A program made the translations under genes and the position numbers. The notes under the pieces were generated by a model. That model worked only from the letters and a program-made list of their open reading frames with translations. It ran no database searches and had not been told where the DNA came from. Below are positions 19,957 through 29,142 of a stretch of DNA of 44,881 nt, piece after piece. The stretch's first letter is position 1; the number at the start of each line of letters is the position of its first letter. The stretch is from the sequence record PV730301.1; one strand, 5' to 3'. The stretch comes from a phage.

Positions 19957-22154
19957 TTAGCATATCTGTACATTTCGCTACCTTCCGCGACAAGAGGGAA
20001 ACCATCCGCCCACTCAGGCAGCGAACACATTAATTTTTCCAGTTCGGCCACCGTGTACTCAGGTGTATCTGGAGTTTCACACACTAATTCATCGTGTACC
20101 GAAAGCACGATAGGATACCCGCCGTGTTCAACGTTAATCATCGCATATGCTAGTAAATCACGGCACAGAGCCTGAACAATGTTTTCGCAGGCCTTGCCGC
20201 CGTGTGTGTACAGGGTGGTCCATTGGCGGGTTAACTGGTTTTCGCCTTGATACTTGATTCGCACATTCGTGTTTACCCGCCCGTCTTCGTCTGTTTCCTT
20301 TGTCACACTAACGCCGATTCCCGGATACGAGAGGATGCGGCCTGACGGCAACTCCATACACAACCACCAACCCGGAACCTTCCTGCCGGATGAATCAAAT
20401 TCTACAGTGCGCCATATGCGGATAGCCCTTTCCCCGTTCCTGCGCAAGCGCGCTCCCGCCCAAAATTCACGACCAGGGTTACGAACAGCGGCTAAAATTC
20501 CGTCTTTAAGGTCGCGCCAGAACGCTACTGTTTCAGGGTGTGACTCGCGCCACATACGCTTGATCGCGTCGCATGTGCGCCACACTTTCTTGTCCAGAAT
20601 ATACGACGGTCGGTCGTCCTTTTCGCCCGGACGCGGCGGTCGCTTTGCTTCCTGAATACGCGCCCACTCATACCCACGTGCGGTAGCAGCCCAGATGTGG
20701 TCAGGGAAAGTCCCATCCATTGTTTTTGCCATCTCAATAAGGTCAAGACCTAAGTTTTTAGCAAACGTAACGAACGCTCCGACGCCCCCCTCATAGCCGA
20801 GGCCAAGCTCGCAAGCCTTGCCTATCTGTCTGATTTCCTTGTAGTTTTTCTTAATGTCATCTGGGTCCATGCCGAACATCTTACCTGCGGTTACGCAGTA
20901 AATATCCAGTCCGGCACGGAACGTATCGAGCGCGGTTTCTTCACCTGCCAGCCACGCAAGCCCGCGGCCTTCTACGTTAGAGTAATCGGCAACTACAAAC
21001 TTATGTCCTGCTTCCGGGATGATGCAGCTACGAACCGTCGAAGCCGTTAGCTTGGCTACGTCGAAACGGCGGTGTGCACGGCCCTTAAGTAGCGCCGCAA
21101 TTCCTTTACCTAGTTCATCATCGTGATAATACCCGCGTGCCAGGTTCTGCGGCTGGAAGCCTTTACCGGCCCATCGCAGAGTTCGTTTTGCCCCGCCGTA
21201 CTGCAAGCAACCACGGCGGCGGTCGTCCGACGAGCGGCCCAACAGCAGTGGGTTATACTTTGTCGATGCTGTGGACGCTGCCCCGAGTCGCATCTCGATA
21301 ATCGTGCGGGCGTCGTCGGGTAAATCATCGTCTGACAACAGGTCATTCAGCGTCGACTTCTGCGCGTTGTGGATTCGGTGCGCCGGTGCGAGTTCACGCA
21401 GAATCGGAAGGAAGTCATTCCCGGTAAGCGAGCCGCCGTATTTGCGTTGGGCTTCTTCCTGTAACTGTGCTTTGTGTTTCTCCACAGCTTCGATCGCAGC
21501 TTCTGCCAACGCAACGTCAACCTTAAACCCGCGGTCATTGATTAACTGGTCCAGTTCCAGTACGCGGTCTTCAAACTCTGAGTTACCCCACCGCGGCAGC
21601 TTATGGAAGACTTCACGCATTGCGGTGATGTCGCTCACAGCGTACTTGATGAACAGCACCCACTCGTCAGGGTGAGTTTCTGCGGTGTAGCGGCGGATTT
21701 TGTAGTTCTTCGGCGTCGGTTTAGAAAAACGCTTAATCAGCGCCTTGCCGCGTTTATCTTTCGCGTTGTCCGCAGATACGCCCAACACTTCGCACAATGC
21801 GTCAAGTGAACCCGGCAGAGCGTGACGGAAGGCCCAAATCATCGTATCAATGGTGTTGCTTACAGGAATATCAAAACCCCAGCAGTGTTTCATGATGAGT
21901 CTGTCGAACATTGAACCGTTGTGCCACACCATCTTTATGCGGCTGTTAGGTTTAACCAGGCGGCGTAACGCGCGGTGCAAATCCCCCGGCATGTCGCTGC
22001 CTTCGGTGCAATCCCATACCTGCACAGGCTCGTCGTCAAAAGCATATGTGCAGATAAGCACTTCTGTAGTTGGGTGTTCGGCGTAAGCGTAAGAACCGAC
22101 TTTCTTTAAATCGGCTTCGGAGAATGTTTCAAAGTCCAGGTATAAGTAGCTCAT
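19953..22154 (-). CDS. family A DNA polymerase with 3'-5' exonuclease domain
   Basis: Exo I motif DFETFS, motif C SVHDELV; start placed at ATG 22154 with AAGGA RBS. Confidence 0.9.
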   Translation of the reverse strand: MSYLYLDFETFSEADLKKVGSYAYAEHPTTEVLICTYAFDDEPVQVWDCTEGSDMPGDLHRALRRLVKPNSRIKMVWHNGSMFDRLIMKHCWGFDIPVSNTIDTMIWAFRHALPGSLDALCEVLGVSADNAKDKRGKALIKRFSKPTPKNYKIRRYTAETHPDEWVLFIKYAVSDITAMREVFHKLPRWGNSEFEDRVLELDQLINDRGFKVDVALAEAAIEAVEKHKAQLQEEAQRKYGGSLTGNDFLPILRELAPAHRIHNAQKSTLNDLLSDDDLPDDARTIIEMRLGAASTASTKYNPLLLGRSSDDRRRGCLQYGGAKRTLRWAGKGFQPQNLARGYYHDDELGKGIAALLKGRAHRRFDVAKLTASTVRSCIIPEAGHKFVVADYSNVEGRGLAWLAGEETALDTFRAGLDIYCVTAGKMFGMDPDDIKKNYKEIRQIGKACELGLGYEGGVGAFVTFAKNLGLDLIEMAKTMDGTFPDHIWAATARGYEWARIQEAKRPPRPGEKDDRPSYILDKKVWRTCDAIKRMWRESHPETVAFWRDLKDGILAAVRNPGREFWAGARLRRNGERAIRIWRTVEFDSSGRKVPGWWLCMELPSGRILSYPGIGVSVTKETDEDGRVNTNVRIKYQGENQLTRQWTTLYTHGGKACENIVQALCRDLLAYAMINVEHGGYPIVLSVHDELVCETPDTPEYTVAELEKLMCSLPEWADGFPLVAEGSEMYRYAK

Positions 22155-22276
22155 TTCTTTTTCCTTAAATCCAGTGCCTTCGTTTCGCTTAATCTTATTT
22201 TCATACAATCACGGCAAATCCACACATGCCGGTATCCGGCTCGGTACTTATCCGCGTACCACGGAAGCGGTTTCAT
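22151..22276 (-). CDS. possible small Cys-containing ORF (41 aa) coupled to the polymerase start
   Basis: ATGA overlap with the polymerase ATG; no clear SD, so weak. Confidence 0.2.
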   Translation of the reverse strand: MKPLPWYADKYRAGYRHVWICRDCMKIRLSETKALDLRKKK

Positions 22277-22326
22277 ATAACGATAAACGTGCTTACAGAA
22301 AAACATTATTTTCGACCCTTAGTAAA

Positions 22327-22346
22327 AAGGCCCAATGAAGGGCCTT
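22327..22346 (-). terminator. terminator-like hairpin after the DUF2815 gene
   Basis: AAGGCCC-loop-GGGCCTT hairpin followed on the minus strand by TTTACT. Confidence 0.45.
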
Positions 22347-22365
22347 AGTTAAATTGATTCAGATA

Positions 22366-22995
22366 TTAGCGGCGGCGACGTTCGCGGCGCGGGGCTTCAT
22401 CTTCTTCATCGTCTTCCAGGTCGTCAGTGCTCGCTACTACACTGGAGCCCCCGAAGCGTTTACCTTCTCCCATATACTTGATGCCGAGGATGGTAGCGCA
22501 CAGGTTTTTCCAATCTTTGTGCCACCATAATTCTACAGATACGTTTGCGACACATCCGCTATATACCTGCTCGCCTTCTATTTCCTTTCCATCGATGTTG
22601 AAATCAGGCTCGGTTTGTTTTTCACCTTTAGCTGATGTCATAATTACCGGCTGGCGGTTGTTAGTAGCGCGGAAATACAGACCTTCTTCAAAATCTTCAA
22701 TCGGATTGTCGCGCATTGCCAGGTCACGGACGCAGCATTTGTCTGCGTGGTGGTCTACGCCGTAGTTGGCCTTCATCCATTTCTCGGCAGCAGCCGCCCC
22801 GATTGCCTCTGTTACAACTTCCAGTGCGGTGTCGTAAAGCGCGTCTATTTGAGGATGGTCAGGCTGCATAAGAACAGTTACCTGATATTTACCTTTAATC
22901 AGTTTACCGGTTTTCTTGTCCTCAGAGTCAGCAGCACGTTCGAATACGTTAACCCATGCAGTGTTTACTTTACGCAGATTCAGTTTAATACCCAT
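22366..22995 (-). CDS. DUF2815-like protein, probable ssDNA-binding protein
   Basis: Family recognition by eye; acidic C-terminal region DDLEDDEEDE as in SSB tails. Confidence 0.55.
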   Translation of the reverse strand: MGIKLNLRKVNTAWVNVFERAADSEDKKTGKLIKGKYQVTVLMQPDHPQIDALYDTALEVVTEAIGAAAAEKWMKANYGVDHHADKCCVRDLAMRDNPIEDFEEGLYFRATNNRQPVIMTSAKGEKQTEPDFNIDGKEIEGEQVYSGCVANVSVELWWHKDWKNLCATILGIKYMGEGKRFGGSSVVASTDDLEDDEEDEAPRRERRRR

Positions 22996-23051
22996 CTTGA
23001 TTTCTCGCTTTTCAAAGTTTACTCCGGGAAGCTGCCCGGCCAGTGATTAGA

Positions 23052-23081
23052 ACTATAATAGCTAACTATTCAGGTTGTCAA
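23052..23081 (-). promoter_or_regulatory. sigma70-like promoter (TTGACA-18-TATAGT) with the conserved element
   Basis: Intergenic; hexamers read from the sequence. Confidence 0.5.
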
Positions 23082-23085
23082 CACT

Positions 23086-23259
23086 TTATTTAAGTTTCTT
23101 CGGAACTACCTTATAGATATAAGGTTGCACCGCCTCATGCTTTGAGTTCTTCTCTTCTGCAATTTTGTCGGCGTCGGCGCGTTTAGCGTGAACGGAAACA
23201 ATTTCAAGTTCTTGAATATAGTCTAGGCGGTAATATCGCGTGAGAATATAAACCATCAT
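23086..23259 (-). CDS. hypothetical protein (57 aa)
   Basis: GGAGGA RBS; ATGA coupling with the upstream gene. Confidence 0.45.
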   Translation of the reverse strand: MMVYILTRYYRLDYIQELEIVSVHAKRADADKIAEEKNSKHEAVQPYIYKVVPKKLK

Positions 23260-24527
23260 TCTAAATCCTCCTCTGTTACCTGATTCCACTCAGGGCGTTT
23301 GTCATCTGCCGTTGCAACACATGGTGCGCCTGGCTTACGTGTAATTAGTTTTTCGAGAATAGGCCACGCATCGGTATTTTTGAACGCGGCTTCTGCCTCT
23401 TTCGGAGATACAAGAGACGCCTTAAACAGCATTTTCCGGTCTATTTCATAAAATTCTGCGGCGTCTATTACCTCCTTCGCATCTTTCCACGCACGGTTGC
23501 CCATCTTACCCTCCACCAGCTTGTACCCCGGCACTTTCTTACCGGAATGCAACGCGGTGGCCATCGCTTTCTCAACCTTGTCGATGTGCTGGCGCAACAA
23601 CGGCAACTTCTCATACTCAGCTACGAGTTGCTCTGGCGTAAGCTCCAGCGCAAAGTCGTCTTCCAGTTCTTCCACCAGTACAGAATTAACCGTCTTTGTA
23701 CGCGCGGCGCATTGTTCCGAGAACCGACACCACTGACAACCATCGACCGACGGCCTGAAATCCGATGCTTTCAGGTTCTTCTTGCCGCGGGAATACGCAT
23801 CAAGGGCTAACAGCGCGCGTTTCTGGGCAAACTTAGCGAACAGTTCCAGACCTTCAACCGAGATGTCCCACTCCGACGCACCACCAGCGTACGGCTGGAA
23901 GATGACCAGGCGCACTACTGTGATGTTATAACGTCTCTTGAGTCGGCGATAAACACCGAGAGCGTAAAGCATAAGCTGTTTGTTTTCTTTCGCTTCGACA
24001 CGATGCCGCCCAGTTTTCAGGTCGCCGATGATAAGCATATGTTCATCGGTGTTAGCCAGTTCCTGTACGGCAACAAGGTCAGCGGTCCCGAACGTCTCAA
24101 CGCCTTCATACCCAGGATGCAATACCTCAGTAAGATTGACGCGCATTTCCGGCTTGGCGTAAGTCGCTACGTCGATAATCGCTTTGCAGTAGTCCGTGTA
24201 CTTGCGCACCTGCTCAATCATGTCTGCCGTAATCAGTACCGCACCTTTCATCGGACTGATTAGTTCCTTAATCTGGCCTTTACCTTCATCAAGCACGTAA
24301 GCGCCGACTTCGCGCTCTAACGGCAACGCAGTACCTTTGATGTACTGATTTAAATGGACCTCTGCTATAGTGTGGCACGCGGTTCCTGTAACGGCGGATT
24401 TGCCTGACGTGTTAGGAATATCTTTTTCACAGGCCAACGATGCACTGCACGTCAGCCACTTTTTAGCGCCCGACGGTGACAGTAAGGCGTGTACATCGTT
24501 ATTGCCGCCACGTTCTTTAAGAATCAT
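23256..24527 (-). CDS. DUF2800-like PD-(D/E)XK nuclease (Cas4-like exonuclease)
   Basis: IGDLKTG...EAKENKQLMLYA core and C-terminal Cys cluster CQWCRFSEQC. Confidence 0.65.
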   Translation of the reverse strand: MILKERGGNNDVHALLSPSGAKKWLTCSASLACEKDIPNTSGKSAVTGTACHTIAEVHLNQYIKGTALPLEREVGAYVLDEGKGQIKELISPMKGAVLITADMIEQVRKYTDYCKAIIDVATYAKPEMRVNLTEVLHPGYEGVETFGTADLVAVQELANTDEHMLIIGDLKTGRHRVEAKENKQLMLYALGVYRRLKRRYNITVVRLVIFQPYAGGASEWDISVEGLELFAKFAQKRALLALDAYSRGKKNLKASDFRPSVDGCQWCRFSEQCAARTKTVNSVLVEELEDDFALELTPEQLVAEYEKLPLLRQHIDKVEKAMATALHSGKKVPGYKLVEGKMGNRAWKDAKEVIDAAEFYEIDRKMLFKASLVSPKEAEAAFKNTDAWPILEKLITRKPGAPCVATADDKRPEWNQVTEEDLE

Positions 24528-25021
24528 TTCTCGGCTCCGTTAACTGTAAATCCGTATTTAATTTCGGCTTGCCTACGAGCCTTAGCCGCGTTCTCTAACT
24601 TATTGTAAGCCCCTAAATAAATTGGCACCCCGTCTACATAAATTCTGGCAACCCACTTACCAGAGCGTTTATGAAACCCAACGCCTTTAACACCCGAAGT
24701 ATTGTCAGTACGTATGTTTGTGCCGTGTGCGATACTACCTCGACGCATTTTTATAAGATTTTCTATTCTGTTATCAGTTCTATCTTTATTTTTGTGACGA
24801 ATTACTTCCCCTTGCGCCATTGGCCCGTTAAACATCTCCCAAACAACGTGGTGGATAAGTTTAGTAGCGCCGTTAAAACGTAGTATTTTAAATTCACTCC
24901 CATCGTTATCCACCCTCGTACTACCAGCTTCTTGCCCTATTTTTACAGATTTTGACGGGCTTATTTTCCAAAACAATTTCCCTGTGACAGGGTCATAGTC
25001 AAACAGTTCATGCCAATTCAT
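24524..25021 (-). CDS. HNH endonuclease
   Basis: HKNKDRTDNRIENL HNH-like motif; ATGA overlap with the upstream gene. Confidence 0.65.
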   Translation of the reverse strand: MNWHELFDYDPVTGKLFWKISPSKSVKIGQEAGSTRVDNDGSEFKILRFNGATKLIHHVVWEMFNGPMAQGEVIRHKNKDRTDNRIENLIKMRRGSIAHGTNIRTDNTSGVKGVGFHKRSGKWVARIYVDGVPIYLGAYNKLENAAKARRQAEIKYGFTVNGAEK

Positions 25022-25290
25022 GCTCTGCTCTCCCACTGGTCAATTAAATGTCGCGTTTGGTGATGACAATGCATAGCCCACCCATACATCGACTCAAAGA
25101 CATAAAAGTCAGGTTTGGCGAAAGTCGTGCGCTTAATCTGTGACACGTGTCGGCCTATATCTTTAGGGCGCGGTACTTCGCCTAAGTACGCCATCTCTTC
25201 CATCAGGTGCGCACCGGACGGCGCACGTAACAGCCATAGCGCCTCCGTATTATCCCGCCTGTCTACGGCGCGGTAGAGTTGGTAAATCAT
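25018..25290 (-). CDS. hypothetical protein
   Basis: ORF with GAGGG upstream of the ATG. Confidence 0.4.
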   Translation of the reverse strand: MIYQLYRAVDRRDNTEALWLLRAPSGAHLMEEMAYLGEVPRPKDIGRHVSQIKRTTFAKPDFYVFESMYGWAMHCHHQTRHLIDQWESRA

Positions 25291-25333
25291 ATTTCCGACC
25301 CTCAGTTAAAGCGGCCCGAAGGCCGCGGGATAG

Positions 25334-25846
25334 TTATTCTTCTTCGAAATACTTGTTCTTGATTGCCGTCAGGCGTTCCAGGTACTCAACCAGGTCTTCG
25401 TCTTTAATTGCAGCAATCTTCATCTTCTTACCAGTGAACTCTTCCAGCAGTTCATCAGAATCATCACACGCGGCATCACTCGGACCTTCGTTAATTGCGT
25501 CGTCGATAGCCTGAATCTGGTCACGAAGAGACTTATAATCGACTTCTTCTTTCTCTTCTTCCGGCTCTGGCGTAGGTTCCTCTACTTTAGCTTTACGCGG
25601 CTTGCGTTTCGGCTTCTCTTCTTCTTCTGCCGGTTTAGTGTCGACGATGTCTTCACCTTCGACCGGGATTTCTTTCCCGATGCCTGTACCCGGGTCGACC
25701 TCAAGTACCTCGCCAGTAACCGATACGTCTACAAGCATTTCACCCGCACGCTCAACCGGCGGAACCGGACGTTTCACACTATTTGCGGCAATCAGTTCAT
25801 GTGCAACTACGAAACGCTCCAGTAATTTTAAGAATTGGTCTAACAT
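25334..25846 (-). CDS. hypothetical acidic Glu/Asp-rich protein
   Basis: ORF with strong acidic low-complexity region; coupled to the upstream small gene. Confidence 0.45.
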   Translation of the reverse strand: MLDQFLKLLERFVVAHELIAANSVKRPVPPVERAGEMLVDVSVTGEVLEVDPGTGIGKEIPVEGEDIVDTKPAEEEEKPKRKPRKAKVEEPTPEPEEEKEEVDYKSLRDQIQAIDDAINEGPSDAACDDSDELLEEFTGKKMKIAAIKDEDLVEYLERLTAIKNKYFEEE

Positions 25847-26022
25847 TATTTGTTCTCCTGTTCGGCGATATTGTTAAGTTCTTTAAGAATGTCTTTCTGC
25901 ATGTTTTCTGGTAAGTATAAGAATGCTTGAGTAATCATGCCTTTAACGCTTCCGCGGCCTTCTAAGATGAAGTTGGGGAACCACACTTTCCAGTTAGCAT
26001 CATAATCTTTACGTTTAGCCAT
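25846..26022 (-). CDS. hypothetical small protein (58 aa)
   Basis: GAGAGGAGAGA RBS; first gene downstream of the early promoter. Confidence 0.45.
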   Translation of the reverse strand: MAKRKDYDANWKVWFPNFILEGRGSVKGMITQAFLYLPENMQKDILKELNNIAEQENK

Positions 26023-26054
26023 TTTGTTTCTCTCCTCTCGTTTAGTATGGGCTG

Positions 26055-26083
26055 ACTATAATAGCAAACTATTCACATGTCAA
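26055..26083 (-). promoter_or_regulatory. sigma70-like early promoter (TTGACA-17-TATAGT) with the conserved element
   Basis: Hexamers read from the sequence; a second weaker copy (TTGATA-17-TAATTA) at about 26099..26127. Confidence 0.5.
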
Positions 26084-26147
26084 TGGGCTTTTCTAAAATA
26101 ATTAATATGGTACTATTCACATATCAACCGACTAAGGAGTAATTGAC

Positions 26148-26363
26148 ATGCAACCATCTGAACTAGGCATCCGCGTAGAACAACGCCGCAAAGAACTCGG
26201 CATCTCCCAGCGCCGTCTGGCTGTCCTGGCTGGTGTTTCCCAGGGCGCAATTAACCAGCTGGCACTTGGAGTAACTCAGGACGTCCGCCCGGCGACGCTG
26301 TTTAAACTGGCGGAAGTGCTGCAAGTAGACGCTAAGTGGCTGGCATTCGGTGAAGGGGCTTAA
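26148..26363 (+). CDS. XRE-family HTH transcriptional regulator (Cro/CI-like)
   Basis: ELGISQRRLAVLAGVSQGAINQLALG helix-turn-helix; AAGGAG RBS; only plus-strand gene within the minus-strand block. Confidence 0.75.
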   Translation: MQPSELGIRVEQRRKELGISQRRLAVLAGVSQGAINQLALGVTQDVRPATLFKLAEVLQVDAKWLAFGEGA

Positions 26364-26380
26364 CGCCCCTTTCTTTTTGC

Positions 26381-28621
26381 CTATTCCAAATCTTCCTCGG
26401 TCACTATCAGCATCTCATTCGGTTCGTATATTGTCTTTGGTCTTAATCTGTCACCCATCTTTTCCGGTATACGGTATGTACCGGGGATAACCTCGCCGTT
26501 AGCATCACATCCTAGCATCAACTCACCGTCTTTCAGCATCTTCTCGAGATGGTGGTTAGTGATGGCATGGTCACCCGAGTTCGATACTATCTGCCGTTGG
26601 GTAAAACCTCGTCCGGTGTCGTCAGACTGTTGCAGGTCTTCCAGCGCGGCGAGTATGGATTCCTTCCTTCCTTCATCCTTCCCACGTTTTACGGCATTCT
26701 TTACGTTTTCTTTACCTTCCTTTGTCATCCCTTCTTCCCGCTCTTTCTCCTCGTCAGTTTTGAACGGCTCGAAGCCCCACGGCATCAGCACAAGCGCCTT
26801 GTGCGGTTCCGGCAGGTCGAGGTTTACGATTGTGCCGTATTCCTCTGTGCTACCGAGGAACTCAACCGCACGGTACTCTTTCGGTGGTGGCGCTTCACGG
26901 AACTGTACCGACTCCAGCACCATGCCAACCGTCTTCTGTTGAGGGCCATGCTTAAATTTCGAGTGGTATACGTTTATCTGACGGTCGGTCGCACGCTCAA
27001 TTGTCAGTTCTACGTCAACGCCCGCGTACAGCGCCCCACTGCCACGGGCTTTCTTGCCACCCTTCGGCGTGTGGTGAACAACGCCTACCGCGGCTTTAGT
27101 TGCGTCACGTACTTCTTTCAGGATGGCGATAACTTTACCCATACCGATTGCCGTTGATGAGCTGTTCTCGTCGAACTTATCAATCGTCAGGGCCAGGGTC
27201 TGGTTAAGGGTGTCGAACGCGACCATGCCGATAGGTTCATCACCTGCAGTTTCGCGCATCAGCTTAATCAGGTTTCTCAGTTTCCCGACTTCGCCCATGT
27301 CGATAACATGTACATAATCTTTACCTTCCTCGCCATATTTAGCCGCGAGCGCGTCGATACGTGTGCGGGTAGCCGCGCCACCTTCACCATCAATATAGAA
27401 GTGATGGCAACGCTGGGTATCCGCCCCTGCGAACCGGTATCCGGCGGCGCTAAGGTACATCATCCCGAGCGTATAAAACGATTTGTACGTGCCGGATTCT
27501 CCGACAATATCCCAGATGCAATCAGACGGCATGTACCCCTCGACGACGAAATCAGCCTTTACCGGTTCCGGTAACTCGTCCTCCTCTGAGTCTTCGTCGT
27601 CTTCCAGGTCGTCGAGACTGCATGAAACTGATTCACGCGCACCCCACCCGATAGCCTCGGCGACTTCACTGAACGGAAGCCCGGTCGCGTCGCACGCGTA
27701 CTTCCACACCTCTTTCGGGGACATGCCTTCGGTTGCCGTAATGTCGGTGTCGTGAATCATGGTTACGTTCGGCGCTTCGTATCCCTCGCGCGGGAAACAC
27801 AGAAGGAAGTCGTCCGGGCGCGGGGTCGGGTCGCTGTAGTTTTCTGCGTGTTCCGGCGTAGCTGGCATCTTAAGGCCGCGCGGCGTCATGACGCCCCCAT
27901 ACTCGAACGCCAGGGATTCGAACGCATCTGTAAACGCGGTGCGCAGTTCTTCCGGTATCTGATAATCCGATGCGCTGCTAACATCAACGGCGGGGATACC
28001 TTCCAGTAACTCGTCCGGGTCAATTAGGTCGTTGCGACGCGACCAGATAACAGTAGAGCCAACCGGCGGCAGATACATCGGCTGCGACAGAGTAAACCCG
28101 CTTCGGTCAGCACCCATGCCTTTGAAGAAATGCTCCAGTAATCCATGACGAACGCGGATGATGTCGCCGCCTTCAACCGGGCGAGCCAGCGGCATGACGA
28201 CACGGAACCGCGGTGACTCTTCGGTATGTGATGCCGTGGTGTAAAGGCACACCGCCTGGCGGCTACGCTTAACCAGGCGCACCGCTTCCTGATACTCTTC
28301 CGGTGTTGCACTGTCAAAGTCTAGATACGCCAGCGACGATTTGCTTACAGACGCATCGCAGCGATAGAAGAAGCCTTTACGCGCTTGCTTAAAGTCACCT
28401 GTTTCCGGGTCTTTTACGGTGCTGTGCGTAGCGTCACACGCGGCGGTGATATACCCCGGCGCGGTCTTCGGGTTAATTCCGCCACGAACGGCATCAAGCG
28501 GCTGGATTAACTCTTTCAGGTCGTCCAGTGTTGCCGTGTGTGTGGTTCTGACGTTTATATCCTTTTTCTCTGCCCGCGCGTTGCGACGTGACCACGAGTA
28601 GGATAAAATTACATCGGACAT
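26381..28621 (-). CDS. primase/helicase (N-terminal primase-like domain plus RecA-like AAA_25 domain)
   Basis: RecA-like region FYIDGEGG...VVHHTPKGGK; start at ATG 28621 (track gives a GTG at 28663); C-terminal VTEEDLE tail. Confidence 0.65.
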   Translation of the reverse strand: MSDVILSYSWSRRNARAEKKDINVRTTHTATLDDLKELIQPLDAVRGGINPKTAPGYITAACDATHSTVKDPETGDFKQARKGFFYRCDASVSKSSLAYLDFDSATPEEYQEAVRLVKRSRQAVCLYTTASHTEESPRFRVVMPLARPVEGGDIIRVRHGLLEHFFKGMGADRSGFTLSQPMYLPPVGSTVIWSRRNDLIDPDELLEGIPAVDVSSASDYQIPEELRTAFTDAFESLAFEYGGVMTPRGLKMPATPEHAENYSDPTPRPDDFLLCFPREGYEAPNVTMIHDTDITATEGMSPKEVWKYACDATGLPFSEVAEAIGWGARESVSCSLDDLEDDEDSEEDELPEPVKADFVVEGYMPSDCIWDIVGESGTYKSFYTLGMMYLSAAGYRFAGADTQRCHHFYIDGEGGAATRTRIDALAAKYGEEGKDYVHVIDMGEVGKLRNLIKLMRETAGDEPIGMVAFDTLNQTLALTIDKFDENSSSTAIGMGKVIAILKEVRDATKAAVGVVHHTPKGGKKARGSGALYAGVDVELTIERATDRQINVYHSKFKHGPQQKTVGMVLESVQFREAPPPKEYRAVEFLGSTEEYGTIVNLDLPEPHKALVLMPWGFEPFKTDEEKEREEGMTKEGKENVKNAVKRGKDEGRKESILAALEDLQQSDDTGRGFTQRQIVSNSGDHAITNHHLEKMLKDGELMLGCDANGEVIPGTYRIPEKMGDRLRPKTIYEPNEMLIVTEEDLE

Positions 28622-28680
28622 GTTGTATATTCCTTCAGCAAGTAATTTGGCCTCGGCGTTCACCGCGTCGGGGCTTTCTT

Positions 28681-28914
28681 TTATTCCAGGTCTTCTAAAG
28701 TGGCCGTCATTCCGCGAACTTCAGCAACGGCACTATATTTCCCGCCAACATTTTTCACGACACCGGATTTAACCAGTACACGTAACGACCCTTCAATGAT
28801 GGCGGAACTATAGTACTTAAAATAACTACGGCGCAAGTCGATAACGCTGCACGACCCTTTTTTACGTGTTAACGAAACGACCGCCGTAAATACGCGTGAC
28901 TGGAACTCGGTCAT
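28681..28914 (-). CDS. hypothetical protein with C-terminal TLEDLE tail
   Basis: ATGA coupling to the upstream AlpA-like gene. Confidence 0.5.
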   Translation of the reverse strand: MTEFQSRVFTAVVSLTRKKGSCSVIDLRRSYFKYYSSAIIEGSLRVLVKSGVVKNVGGKYSAVAEVRGMTATLEDLE

Positions 28915-29081
28915 TTCACGTTCTCCTTAATCCACGCTTCCACTTTCTCCGGGTCGAACGTACCTGGCTGGCGGCGGCCCATAATGCGAATACAACAATC
29001 GGGGAACTTCCCACTCTTTAACCAGTTATTCAGTGTGCGGCGAGTAACCCCGATACGCTCAGCTACTTCATTCTGTGTCAT
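28911..29081 (-). CDS. AlpA/excisionase-family HTH regulator
   Basis: MTQNEVAERIGVTRRTLNNWLKSGKFP matches the AlpA-type HTH; start placed at ATG 29081. Confidence 0.6.
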   Translation of the reverse strand: MTQNEVAERIGVTRRTLNNWLKSGKFPDCCIRIMGRRQPGTFDPEKVEAWIKENVK

Positions 29082-29113
29082 TCTCAAACCCCCATTATCA
29101 GTTAACGAAACCA

Positions 29114-29142
29114 AGTATACATTGTGAATAATGGGAAATCAA
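29114..29142 (-). promoter_or_regulatory. sigma70-like promoter (TTGATT-17-TATACT) for the AlpA-primase operon
   Basis: Hexamers read from the sequence; spacer carries an ATTATTCACA variant of the conserved element. Confidence 0.45.

Noticed and set aside
22155-22326. Independent sigma70 promoter for the DNA polymerase gene
   Set aside because: No convincing -35/-10 pair at proper spacing was found on the minus strand; the polymerase is probably expressed by readthrough of the weak upstream terminator
26060-26130. Direct repeats that might suggest a CRISPR array or iterons
   Set aside because: Only two copies, 43 bp apart, overlapping promoter hexamers; the same element occurs singly at other operon starts, so it is a promoter/operator element
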